Assembly (NCBI GenBank): GCA_032718475.1
Contig: JAUCBJ010007803.1
Span: 1 to 41,494, forward strand
Source: Nemertoderma westbladi
Lineage: Eukaryota > Animalia > Xenacoelomorpha
Length of the DNA stretch: 41,494 nt
Direction of reading: 5' to 3'
Notes under the pieces: model-generated
Database searches by the model: none
What the model saw: the letters and a program-made list of their open reading frames with translations, nothing else
Told to the model about the DNA's origin: nothing
Shown: positions 24,860-38,000 of the stretch, piece by piece
How the letters are laid out: each line of letters opens with the position of its first letter
Numbering within the stretch: the stretch's first letter is position 1
Position numbers and translations under genes: made by a program

Positions 24860-25793
24860 CTATTCAGACATTTCTGACTCTAGCGGTATAGTGAGAACTG
24901 AAGATGGATTAGGGTCTCCAGCCCCACAAAGACACAGCCTATGGATGAATAGTACATACGTACATCGGCCAAGTTTCATCTTGAATAACGGATAACGAAA
25001 TGAGAGACGGATCTCACTTTCAGAAATTTCGTCGTATAGCGGCAGACCGATTAAATCTCCCCCCCCCCCCCCCCCCCTCCCCACAAAGACGCAGCATGTG
25101 GTCCAGAATATATGGCAAGATTCAGCTTAAACTGATTAAAATCAATGAGACGGGAGAATCTATTCACTTTCAGGCATAAAGTAGTCCTATAGCGGGTGAC
25201 TGTTGAACTGATTTTCAACAAAACAAATTTTCAACTTGGCAGCTTTAAATTCGACAAAGTTATAAGCATGTCAATATCATAACGACGACAACGATTTCAC
25301 TTTCAGACATTTGGCCCTCTAGCGGCAGACTGGAGAACTGCAGATGGATTCGCCTCCTTTGAAAGTCACAGCTAATGGTCTAATACATATCTGCCAAGTT
25401 TCAGCTTAAACGGATTAAAAGCAAAGAAATGGGAGGGCATTTAATGTTTAGACATGTGGCCCTGTAGCGGGAGACCATTGCACTGATGGTGTCTGAAAGT
25501 CTCTCAAAAATCTCGACTTTAGCTCATATTGATACCTACAAATTTTCAACTTGGCAGCTTTAAATCCGACAAAGTTATTAGCATGTCAAAATCGTAACGA
25601 CGACAACGATTTCACTTTCAGACCTTTGGCCCTCTAGCGGCAGACTGGAGAACTGCAGATGGATTCGCCTCCTTTGAAAGTCACAGCTAATGGTCTAATA
25701 CATATCTGCCAAGTTTCAGCTTAAACGGATTAAAAGCAAAGAAATGGGAGGGCATTTAATGTTTAGACATGTGGCCCTCTAGCGGGAGACCAT
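24860..25793 (+). repeat. ~150-bp-subunit tandem repeat (about 314-bp higher-order duplication), probably the interior of a non-autonomous DNA or rolling-circle element
   Basis: 25225-25480 ~ 25539-25793; recurring CAGACATTTGGCCCTCTAGCGG and CCAAGTTTCAGCTTAA motifs. Confidence 0.75.
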
Positions 25794-26199
25794 TCGGGAC
25801 CGGGATTATTCCTCTCAGAGATCCCGTTTTACGGGATCGGTATTGCAATTTTGGATTAAATTCATCAAAGTTAATAGTATATAAGGCAGGTTTTCAGTAA
25901 CACTCACTTTATTGTACACTTCTGAAATATTAGTAAGATAAAGTTATATTAAAATTATCTTATAATTGATTACTGGATGGTTTACTGAAATAAAAATTAG
26001 ATATAATCAAATCATTTCCGTTCTGCTGGAACGTTTTTTTAGATGTTCAACAAATTTATTTAACCATTTAAACTTCGGATCCCGTTTCAAAAAAGTCGGA
26101 ATCGGGATTCGATATTTCGCTGGGATCCCGGTTTTTCGTTTTTTTTTTAAACATTAGTGCATTGATGAAGCCAGAAGAAGTCTTCCGATTGTTTAAATA

Positions 26200-26730
26200 T
26201 AAAATCTGATTTAAATAAAAAAATCTGATTTAAATAAGAAAAAAGTGATTTAAATGGGTGACTACGAAACAAAGACCAAAGACCTAAATAATAAAGACCT
26301 GCATAATCTTTGAAACATGTGTTAACTTTCGTTTATTGTTTTGGTTCCCCCAACAAGCCTCTGTAACATGCTCCTTTACTAACCTGTTCCTTTAAATGCA
26401 ATGTAACCTAACGCTCTTTGGCACCTGTACAAAACAAAGATATAAAGTCGCGTTACGTCCTAAGGGGGATTAGGTCCCATTGCCATATAGGGTTAGGTCC
26501 CATTGCCATATAGGGTTAGGTCCCATTGCCATTTACAGGAGCAGGTTAGTAAAGGAGCAGATGCAGTTTGGGGAACCAAAACGATAAACGAAAGTTGACA
26601 CATGTGTTTCATACAGGTCTTTGTTATTTGGGTCTTTGCTTTTTAGTCACCCGATTTAAATGAAAAAAAATCTGATTTAAATCAAATAAATCTGATTTAA
26701 ATAAAAAAAATCTGATTTTTATCAACCCTG
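26200..26730. mobile_element. One end of a hAT-like non-autonomous element with AAATCTGATTTAAAT subterminal repeats
   Basis: Ends ...TTTTTATCAACCCTG (CAGGGTTGAT on the minus strand) directly against the broken 3' end of RTE-A2. The other end and the TSD were not found. Confidence 0.55.
26256..26652. mobile_element. 397-bp foldback MITE with 9-bp TSD (Mutator/MULE-like)
   Basis: TIR GGGTGACTACGAAACAAAGACC vs GGGTGACTAAAAAGCAAAGACC, with imperfect inverted homology for over 100 bp; GATTTAAAT directly flanks both sides; central 23-bp TAGGGTTAGGTCCCATTGCCATA x3. Confidence 0.8.
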
Positions 26731-27867
26731 CACCCATGACATTTGCTAGATCATCCGCTTCTTCAAGGCCAGTGTCCTTTAAGATGTGTCTCAAGAAAGT
26801 CATGGTCTGTCCACCATGCTTATTCAGTCCATGAGGCTGCCAAAGTATAAGTTTATGCACTGGCTGGTCCTCACGGTGAAAGCAATGTCCTGCAAAGCAG
26901 AGGCGATTTTGTTCTAGTGTCAAGCTTGGGGGAACCAATGAGACACCTCCAATGTTATATAGTGTCTGGTTGGAGATGTGTGCATTGTACTTGACACAAT
27001 GTACCCGGCGTAGCATTCTTGTGAATGTGCCATCCAGAGATTTGGTGTCCTCAGCAGTTAGAGCCCAACATGGACTCTCATAGAGAGGTAATGGAACTAC
27101 TGCTGCTCTAAATAATCTGACCTTAAGTTTCCGATTAATTCTCGGTGACTTCCAAATCCTGCAAAGCATATTCAAGGCTGCCCAATGCGTTCACTTACGT
27201 ATTCGAAGGTCCTCATCTGACTTCCGGATCCATGATCCCAGGTAACAGAAGTCGTCCACATGCTCAAGCATACCATCCTTTGAGCTTATGCTCATCCGAT
27301 CTGAGGACTTTCAAAGTTAACTGTCAAAATTGTGGTCTTTCTGGAGTTAATAAAAAGACCAACACTAGAAGCAGCATGTTCTAATGAGCTGAGGAGCCGT
27401 TGGGCTCCCTCTAGTGATTCTGAGAGTACTCCTAAGTCATCAGCAAAGTCTAGATCAGTTAGGTGCTTGGCAGGATTTCCTCGACTTCTGGAGCCAGTAG
27501 GTGGAGTTATCATCACCCCATCATCATTATGATGATCTAAGGACGTGCGTAGAACATAGTCAACCACAATTATGAACAAGAATGGTGCAAGTGTGTCTCC
27601 CTGGAGGACGTCCCATTACACTTCAAATGGTTCTCTGACACCGTCAACAGTAGAGACAAATGTTGTCGAACCATCGTATACTGATCTGATTGCTGCAATA
27701 ATTTCATCAGGAATCCCATATAATGAAAGTATGCTGAACATACGTTAGAGAGAGACTGAATCAAAGGCCTTGAAGAAGTCAACAAAGATAACAGCCAGAA
27801 GCCTATCTCTCTTTTTTGATAACTCTTCAATTATCCTTCGGGTATCCTATGGGCTCCATGGTCCCAC
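26731..27867 (-). pseudogene. RTE-A2: degenerate RTE RT fragment, same family as RTE-A1, truncated at both ends
   Basis: ORF pieces FIIVVDYVLR...LDFADD and RIWKSPRINRKLKVRLF...FAGHCFH are highly similar to 10104-11004 and contiguous across the site where A1 is interrupted. Confidence 0.92.
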
Positions 27868-27979
27868 TAATGCCGAATTGGCCGGATGCCAAAGTAAGGA
27901 TCACGAGACGAATTACAGAAATGCTGAAATGTTTGATCCTGTTTAAACACTTAGTTAGTAGGCCTACAACATGAATAAA

Positions 27980-28180
27980 CCATGCAGTTAGTTATGTGTA
28001 TAATAATACTGTTCGGGTTTGCAATTAGCACAACATTAATTTGACCATGCAGTTAGGTGTATAATAATACTGTTCGGGTTTGCAGTTAGCACAACATTAA
28101 TTAGACCTTGCAGTTAGGTGTATAGTAATACTGTTCAGGTTTGCAGTTAGCACAACATTAATAGACAATGCAGTTAGGGC
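27980..28180 (+). repeat. ~60-bp subterminal tandem repeat of E4 (3+ copies; 2+ copies at ~22515-22650 in E3b)
   Basis: Unit CCATGCAGTTAGGTGTATAATAATACTGTTCGGGTTTGCAGTTAGCACAACATTAATTTGA, each carrying GTTAG motifs. Confidence 0.85.
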
Positions 28181-28330
28181 TATGGTATATGTGTAGTCAT
28201 TACCACCCTTGTACTCTAGCGACCTTCCAGAGAATTTGTTAGTTAGGTGTATAGTTGATTTGCATGCGTCTGGAACAGTTAGCACTTTGGACGAAAAAGA
28301 GCACGTTAGCGTTTCGAGTGGTTTGCCGGT

Positions 28331-30382
<2,052 letters not shown>

Positions 30383-30438
30383 CAGATTAAAATTTACTCC
30401 TTATAATGCACGGCACGTGGAGTTACTTCAATATATAT

Positions 30439-30672
30439 TAAACAAATAATAGGTTCTCATACGCTGATCAAAGGTCATTGTAGATAAACAAATAATAGGT
30501 TCTCACACGCTGATCAAAGGTCATTGTAGATAAACAAATAATAGGTTCTCACACGCTGATCAAAGGTCATTGTAGATAAACAAATAATAGGTTCTCACAC
30601 GCTGATCAAAGGTCATTGTAGATAAACAAATAATAGGTTCTCACACGCTGATCAAAGGTCATTGTAGATAAA
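30439..30672 (+). repeat. 46-bp tandem repeat x5
   Basis: TAAACAAATAATAGGTTCTCACACGCTGATCAAAGGTCATTGTAGA starting at 30439, 30485, 30531, 30577 and 30623. Confidence 0.97.
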
Positions 30673-30942
30673 AATGAGAATGTATGAGTAGGCTTTGGTT
30701 TGGAAACTAAGATATTGAAACCTCCGAGGTATTGAAAGTTAATTAAAGTAATTTTTATAATGACTTGCATTCTATATAGTTTAATCTTGGGATCAAAGGT
30801 TAATGTTAGAAGTAAGATGTAATCTATAAATAATTGGTTCAAAGAAATAAAATATATATAAAATGGCAAGTTTATCAAATACACAAAATCAGTCAGGGAA
30901 ACATTCAGTTGAATTGCACATGAGCAAGCAATTATATAGCAA

Positions 30943-31742
30943 ATATAAAATTCGCTTTCAACTGCCTTTTTAGCCGCCGAGATATAGAAAATTCGCTTTC
31001 AACTGCCTTTTTAGCCGCCGAGATATAGAAAATTCGCTTTCAACTGCCTTTTTAGCCGCCGAGATATAGAAAATTCGCTTTCAACTGCCTTTTTAGCCGC
31101 CGAGATATAGAAAATTCGCTTTCAGCGGCCTTTTTAGCCGCCGAGACATATAAAATTCGCTTTCAACTGCCTTTTTAGCCGCCGAGATATAGAAAATTCG
31201 CTTTCAGCGGCCTTTTTAGCCGCCGGGATATAGAAAATTCGCTTTCAGCGGCCTTTTTAGCCGCCGAGACATATAAAATTCGCTTTCAACTGCCTTTTTA
31301 GCCGCCGAGATATAGAAAATTCGCTTTCAGCGGCCTTTTTAGCCGCCGAGATATAGAAAAATCGCTTTCAGCGGCCTTTTTAGCCGCCGAGACATAGAAA
31401 ATTCGCTTTCAGCGGCCTTTTTAGCCGCCGGGATATAGAAAATTCGCTTTCAGCGGCCTTTTTAGCCGCCGAGACATATAAAATTCGCTTTCAACTGCCT
31501 TTTTAGCCGCCGAGATATAGAAAATTCGCTTTCAGCGGCCTTTTTAGCCGCCGAGACATATAAAATTCGCTTTCAACTGCCTTTTTAGCCGCCGAGATAT
31601 AGAAAATTCGCTTTCAGCGGCCTTTTTAGCCGCCGAGATATAGAAAATTCGCTTTCAGCGGCCTTTTTAGCCGCCGAGACATAGAAAATTCGCTTTCAGC
31701 GGCCTTTTTGGCCGCTGAGATATATAAAATTCGCTTTCAGCG
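30943..31742 (+). repeat. 41-bp minisatellite, ~19.5 copies
   Basis: ATATAGAAAATTCGCTTTCA(ACT/GCG)GCCTTTTTAGCCGCCGAG with two interleaved variants. Confidence 0.97.
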
Positions 31743-32019
31743 TCAGACCGATTTTGGTATGTTTTTGGCACTTTTTCTGCATCCCCTTCTGATGTGGCTG
31801 ATTCAAAATAAGTTTCAACTCCATTGAATTGAAAATCCCTGTGTCATGCTAACTCCAAATTGCTCTTACTGCTTCAACGTTGGTTTTACCAGACTGACAA
31901 AAAATGTCAAACTACAGTAAAATTTCAACTACTTTTTTTACACTAACTTATCACAAATTATTGTCACCAAATTTCACAAAATTTTTCGCTTAAGAATGGA
32001 TGGATACCAATTTCCTGAA

Positions 32020-35000
32020 AATTGTTCAGATGTTCAGACTCTACTGTATATGAGCGCAATATGGTTGGAAGTTCATACGTAAATAATGTAGTTTCATTGA
32101 TTGTAGAGTTGCACCAATCCAAATGGTCTGTCCAATATAATTGTTCACATGTTCAGACTCTACTGTATATGAGCGCAATATGGTTGGAAGTTCATACGTA
32201 AATAATGTAGTTTCATTGATTGTAGAGTTGCACCAATCCAAATGGTCTGTCCAATATAATTGTTCACATGTTCAGACTCTACTGTATATGAGCGCAATAT
32301 GGTTGGAAGTTCATACGTAAATAATGTAGTTTCATTGATTGTAGAGTTGCACCAATCCAAATGGTCTGTCCAATATAATTGTTCACATGTTCAGACTCTA
32401 CTGTATATGAGCGCAATATGGTTGGAAGTTCATACGTAAATAATCTAGTTTCATTGATTGTAGAGTTGCACCAATCCAAATGGTCTGTCCAATATAATTG
32501 TTCACATGTTCAGACTCTACTGTATATGAGCGCAATATGGTTGGAAGTTCATACGTAAATAATGTAGTTTCATTGATTGTAGAGTTGCACCAATCCAAAT
32601 GGTCTGTCCAATATAATTACCAGACTCTACTGTATATGAGCGCAATATGGTTGGAAGTTCATACGTAAATAATGTAGTTTCATTGATTGTAGAGTTGCAC
32701 CAATCCAAATGGTCTGTCCAATATAATTGTTCACATGTTCAGACTCTACTGTATATGAGCGCAATATGGTTGGAAGTTCATACGTAAATAATGTAGTTTC
32801 ATTGATTGTAGAGTTGCACCAATCCAAATGGTCTGTCCAATATAATTGTTCACATGTTGAGACTCTACTGTATATGAGCGCAATATGGTTGGAAGTTCAT
32901 ACGTAAATAATGTAGTTTCATTGATTGTAGAGTTGCACCAATCCAAATGGTCTGTCCAATATAATTGTTCACATGTTGAGACTCTACTGTATATGAGCGC
33001 AATATGGTTGGAAGTTCATACGTAAATAATGTAGTTTCATTGATTGTAGAGTTGCACCAATCCAAATGGTCTGTCCAATATAATTGTTCACATGTTCAGA
33101 CTCTACTGTATATGAGCGCAATATGGTTGGAAGTTCATACGTAAATAATGTAGTTTCATTGATTGTAGAGTTGCACCAATCCAAATGGTCTGTCCAATAT
33201 AATTGTTCACATGTTGAGACTCTACTGTATATGAGCGCAATATGGTTGGAAGTTCATACGTAAATAATGTAGTTTCATTGATTGTAGAGTTGCACCAATC
33301 CAAATGGTCTGTCCAATATAATTGTTCACATGTTCAGACTCTACTGTATATGAGCGCAATATGGTTGGAAGTTCATACGTAAATAATGTAGTTTCATTGA
33401 TTGTAGAGTTGCACCAATCCAAATGGTCTGTCCAATATAATTGTTCACATGTTCAGACTCTACTGTATATGAGCGCAATATGGTTGGAAGTTCATACGTA
33501 AATAATGTAGTTTCATTGATTGTAGAGTTGCACCAATCCAAATGGTCTGTCCAATATAATTGTTCACATGTTCAGACTCTACTGTATATGAGCGCAATAT
33601 GGTTGGAAGTTCATACGTAAATAATGTAGTTTCATTGATTGTAGAGTTGCACCAATCCAAATGGTCTGTCCAATATAATTGTTCACATGTTCAGACTCTA
33701 CTGTATATGAGCGCAATATGGTTGGAAGTTCATACGTAAATAATGTAGTTTCATTGATTGTAGAGTTGCACCAATCCAAATGGTCTGTCCAATATAATTG
33801 TTCACATGTTCAGACTCTACTGTATATGAGCGCAATATGGTTGGAAGTTCATACGTAAATAATGTAGTTTCATTGATTGTAGAGTTGCACCAATCCAAAT
33901 GGTCTGTCCAATATAATTGTTCACATGTTCAGACTCTACTGTATATGAGCGCAATATGGTTGGAAGTTCATACGTAAATAATGTAGTTTCATTGATTGTA
34001 GAGTTGCACCAATCCAAATGGTCTGTCCAATATAATTGTTCACATGTTCAGACTCTACTGTATATGAGCGCAATATGGTTGGAAGTTCATACGTAAATAA
34101 TGTAGTTTCATTGATTGTAGAGTTGCACCAATCCAAATGGTCTGTCCAATATAATTGTTCACATGTTCAGACTCTACTGTATATGAGCGCAATATGGTTG
34201 GAAGTTCATACGTAAATAATGTAGTTTCATTGATTGTAGAGTTGCACCAATCCAAATGGTCTGTCCAATATAATTGTTCACATGTTCAGACTCTACTGTA
34301 TATGAGCGCAATATGGTTGGAAGTTCATACGTAAATAATGTAGTTTCATTGATTGTAGAGTTGCACCAATCCAAATGGTCTGTCCAATATAATTGTTCAC
34401 ATGTTCAGACTCTACTGTATATGAGCGCAATATGGTTGGAAGTTCATACGTAAATAATGTAGTTTCATTGATTGTAGAGTTGCACCAATCCAAATGGTCT
34501 GTCCAATATAATTGTTCACATGTTCAGACTCTACTGTATATGAGCGCAATATGGTTGGAAGTTCATACGTAAATAATGTAGTTTCATTGATTGTAGAGTT
34601 GCACCAATCCAAATGGTCTGTCCAATATAATTGTTCACATGTTCAGACTCTACTGTATATGAGCGCAATATGGTTGGAAGTTCATACGTAAATAATGTAG
34701 TTTCATTGATTGTAGAGTTGCACCAATCCAAATGGTCTGTCCAATATAATTGTTCACATGTTCAGACTCTACTGTATATGAGCGCAATATGGTTGGAAGT
34801 TCATACGTAAATAATGTAGTTTCATTGATTGTAGAGTTGCACCAATCCAAATGGTCTGTCCAATATAATTGTTCACATGTTCAGACTCTACTGTATATGA
34901 GCGCAATATGGTTGGAAGTTCATACGTAAATAATGTAGTTTCATTGATTGTAGAGTTGCACCAATCCAAATGGTCTGTCCAATATAATTGTTCACATGTT

Positions 35001-38000
35001 CAGACTCTACTGTATATGAGCGCAATATGGTTGGAAGTTCATACGTAAATAATGTAGTTTCATTGATTGTAGAGTTGCACCAATCCAAATGGTCTGTCCA
35101 ATATAATTGTTCACATGTTCAGACTCTACTGTATATGAGCGCAATATGGTTGGAAGTTCATACGTAAATAATGTAGTTTCATTGATTGTAGAGTTGCACC
35201 AATCCAAATGGTCTGTCCAATATAATTGTTCACATGTTCAGACTCTACTGTATATGAGCGCAATATGGTTGGAAGTTCATACGTAAATAATGTAGTTTCA
35301 TTGATTGTAGAGTTGCACCAATCCAAATGGTCTGTCCAATATAATTGTTCACATGTTCAGACTCTACTGTATATGAGCGCAATATGGTTGGAAGTTCATA
35401 CGTAAATAATGTAGTTTCATTGATTGTAGAGTTGCACCAATCCAAATGGTCTGTCCAATATAATTGTTCACATGTTCAGACTCTACTGTATATGAGCGCA
35501 ATATGGTTGGAAGTTCATACGTAAATAATGTAGTTTCATTGATTGTAGAGTTGCACCAATCCAAATGGTCTGTCCAATATAATTGTTCACATGTTCAGAC
35601 TCTACTGTATATGAGCGCAATATGGTTGGAAGTTCATACGTAAATAATGTAGTTTCATTGATTGTAGAGTTGCACCAATCCAAATGGTCTGTCCAATATA
35701 ATTGTTCACATGTTCAGACTCTACTGTATATGAGCGCAATATGGTTGGAAGTTCATACGTAAATAATGTAGTTTCATTGATTGTAGAGTTGCACCAATCC
35801 AAATGGTCTGTCCAATATAATTGTTCACATGTTCAGACTCTACTGTATATGAGCGCAATATGGTTGGAAGTTCATACGTAAATAATGTAGTTTCATTGAT
35901 TGTAGAGTTGCACCAATCCAAATGGTCTGTCCAATATAATTGTTCACATGTTCAGACTCTACTGTATATGAGCGCAATATGGTTGGAAGTTCATACGTAA
36001 ATAATGTAGTTTCATTGATTGTAGAGTTGCACCAATCCAAATGGTCTGTCCAATATAATTGTTCACATGTTCAGACTCTACTGTATATGAGCGCAATATG
36101 GTTGGAAGTTCATACGTAAATAATGTAGTTTCATTGATTGTAGAGTTGCACCAATCCAAATGGTCTGTCCAATATAATTGTTCACATGTTCAGACTCTAC
36201 TGTATATGAGCGCAATATGGTTGGAAGTTCATACGTAAATAATGTAGTTTCATTGATTGTAGAGTTGCACCAATCCAAATGGTCTGTCCAATATAATTGT
36301 TCACATGTTCAGACTCTACTGTATATGAGCGCAATATGGTTGGAAGTTCATACGTAAATAATGTAGTTTCATTGATTGTAGAGTTGCACCAATCCAAATG
36401 GTCTGTCCAATATAATTGTTCACATGTTCAGACTCTACTGTATATGAGCGCAATATGGTTGGAAGTTCATACGTAAATAATGTAGTTTCATTGATTGTAG
36501 AGTTGCACCAATCCAAATGGTCTGTCCAATATAATTGTTCACATGTTCAGACTCTACTGTATATGAGCGCAATATGGTTGGAAGTTCATACGTAAATAAT
36601 GTAGTTTCATTGATTGTAGAGTTGCACCAATCCAAATGGTCTGTCCAATATAATTGTTCACATGTTCAGACTCTACTGTATATGAGCGCAATATGGTTGG
36701 AAGTTCATACGTAAATAATGTAGTTTCATTGATTGTAGAGTTGCACCAATCCAAATGGTCTGTCCAATATAATTGTTCACATGTTCAGACTCTACTGTAT
36801 ATGAGCGCAATATGGTTGGAAGTTCATACGTAAATAATGTAGTTTCATTGATTGTAGAGTTGCACCAATCCAAATGGTCTGTCCAATATAATTGTTCACA
36901 TGTTCAGACTCTACTGTATATGAGCGCAATATGGTTGGAAGTTCATACGTAAATAATGTAGTTTCATTGATTGTAGAGTTGCACCAATCCAAATGGTCTG
37001 TCCAATATAATTGTTCACATGTTCAGACTCTACTGTATATGAGCGCAATATGGTTGGAAGTTCATACGTAAATAATGTAGTTTCATTGATTGTAGAGTTG
37101 CACCAATCCAAATGGTCTGTCCAATATAATTGTTCACATGTTCAGACTCTACTGTATATGAGCGCAATATGGTTGGAAGTTCATACGTAAATAATGTAGT
37201 TTCATTGATTGTAGAGTTGCACCAATCCAAATGGTCTGTCCAATATAATTGTTCACATGTTCAGACTCTACTGTATATGAGCGCAATATGGTTGGAAGTT
37301 CATACGTAAATAATGTAGTTTCATTGATTGTAGAGTTGCACCAATCCAAATGGTCTGTCCAATATAATTGTTCACATGTTCAGACTCTACTGTATATGAG
37401 CGCAATATGGTTGGAAGTTCATACGTAAATAATGTAGTTTCATTGATTGTAGAGTTGCACCAATCCAAATGGTCTGTCCAATATAATTGTTCACATGTTC
37501 AGACTCTACTGTATATGAGCGCAATATGGTTGGAAGTTCATACGTAAATAATGTAGTTTCATTGATTGTAGAGTTGCACCAATCCAAATGGTCTGTCCAA
37601 TATAATTGTTCACATGTTCAGACTCTACTGTATATGAGCGCAATATGGTTGGAAGTTCATACGTAAATAATGTAGTTTCATTGATTGTAGAGTTGCACCA
37701 ATCCAAATGGTCTGTCCAATATAATTGTTCACATGTTCAGACTCTACTGTATATGAGCGCAATATGGTTGGAAGTTCATACGTAAATAATGTAGTTTCAT
37801 TGATTGTAGAGTTGCACCAATCCAAATGGTCTGTCCAATATAATTGTTCACATGTTCAGACTCTACTGTATATGAGCGCAATATGGTTGGAAGTTCATAC
37901 GTAAATAATGTAGTTTCATTGATTGTAGAGTTGCACCAATCCAAATGGTCTGTCCAATATAATTGTTCACATGTTCAGACTCTACTGTATATGAGCGCAA

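Larger units (their letters stand above)
22854..28331 (+). mobile_element. E4: (TG)n-flanked non-autonomous element (GTGCTAAC group) with both ends present and nested insertions
   Basis: Left GCTAAC cluster from 22872; right inverted GTTAGC motifs at 28278 and 28305, the last ending 21 nt before (TG)n. Internal diverged duplication ~24400-24645 vs ~23150-23435. Confidence 0.7.

Noticed and set aside
26465-26533. Telomeric repeat
   Set aside because: TAGGGTTAGG is only part of a 23-bp unit inside a MITE, not a telomere array.
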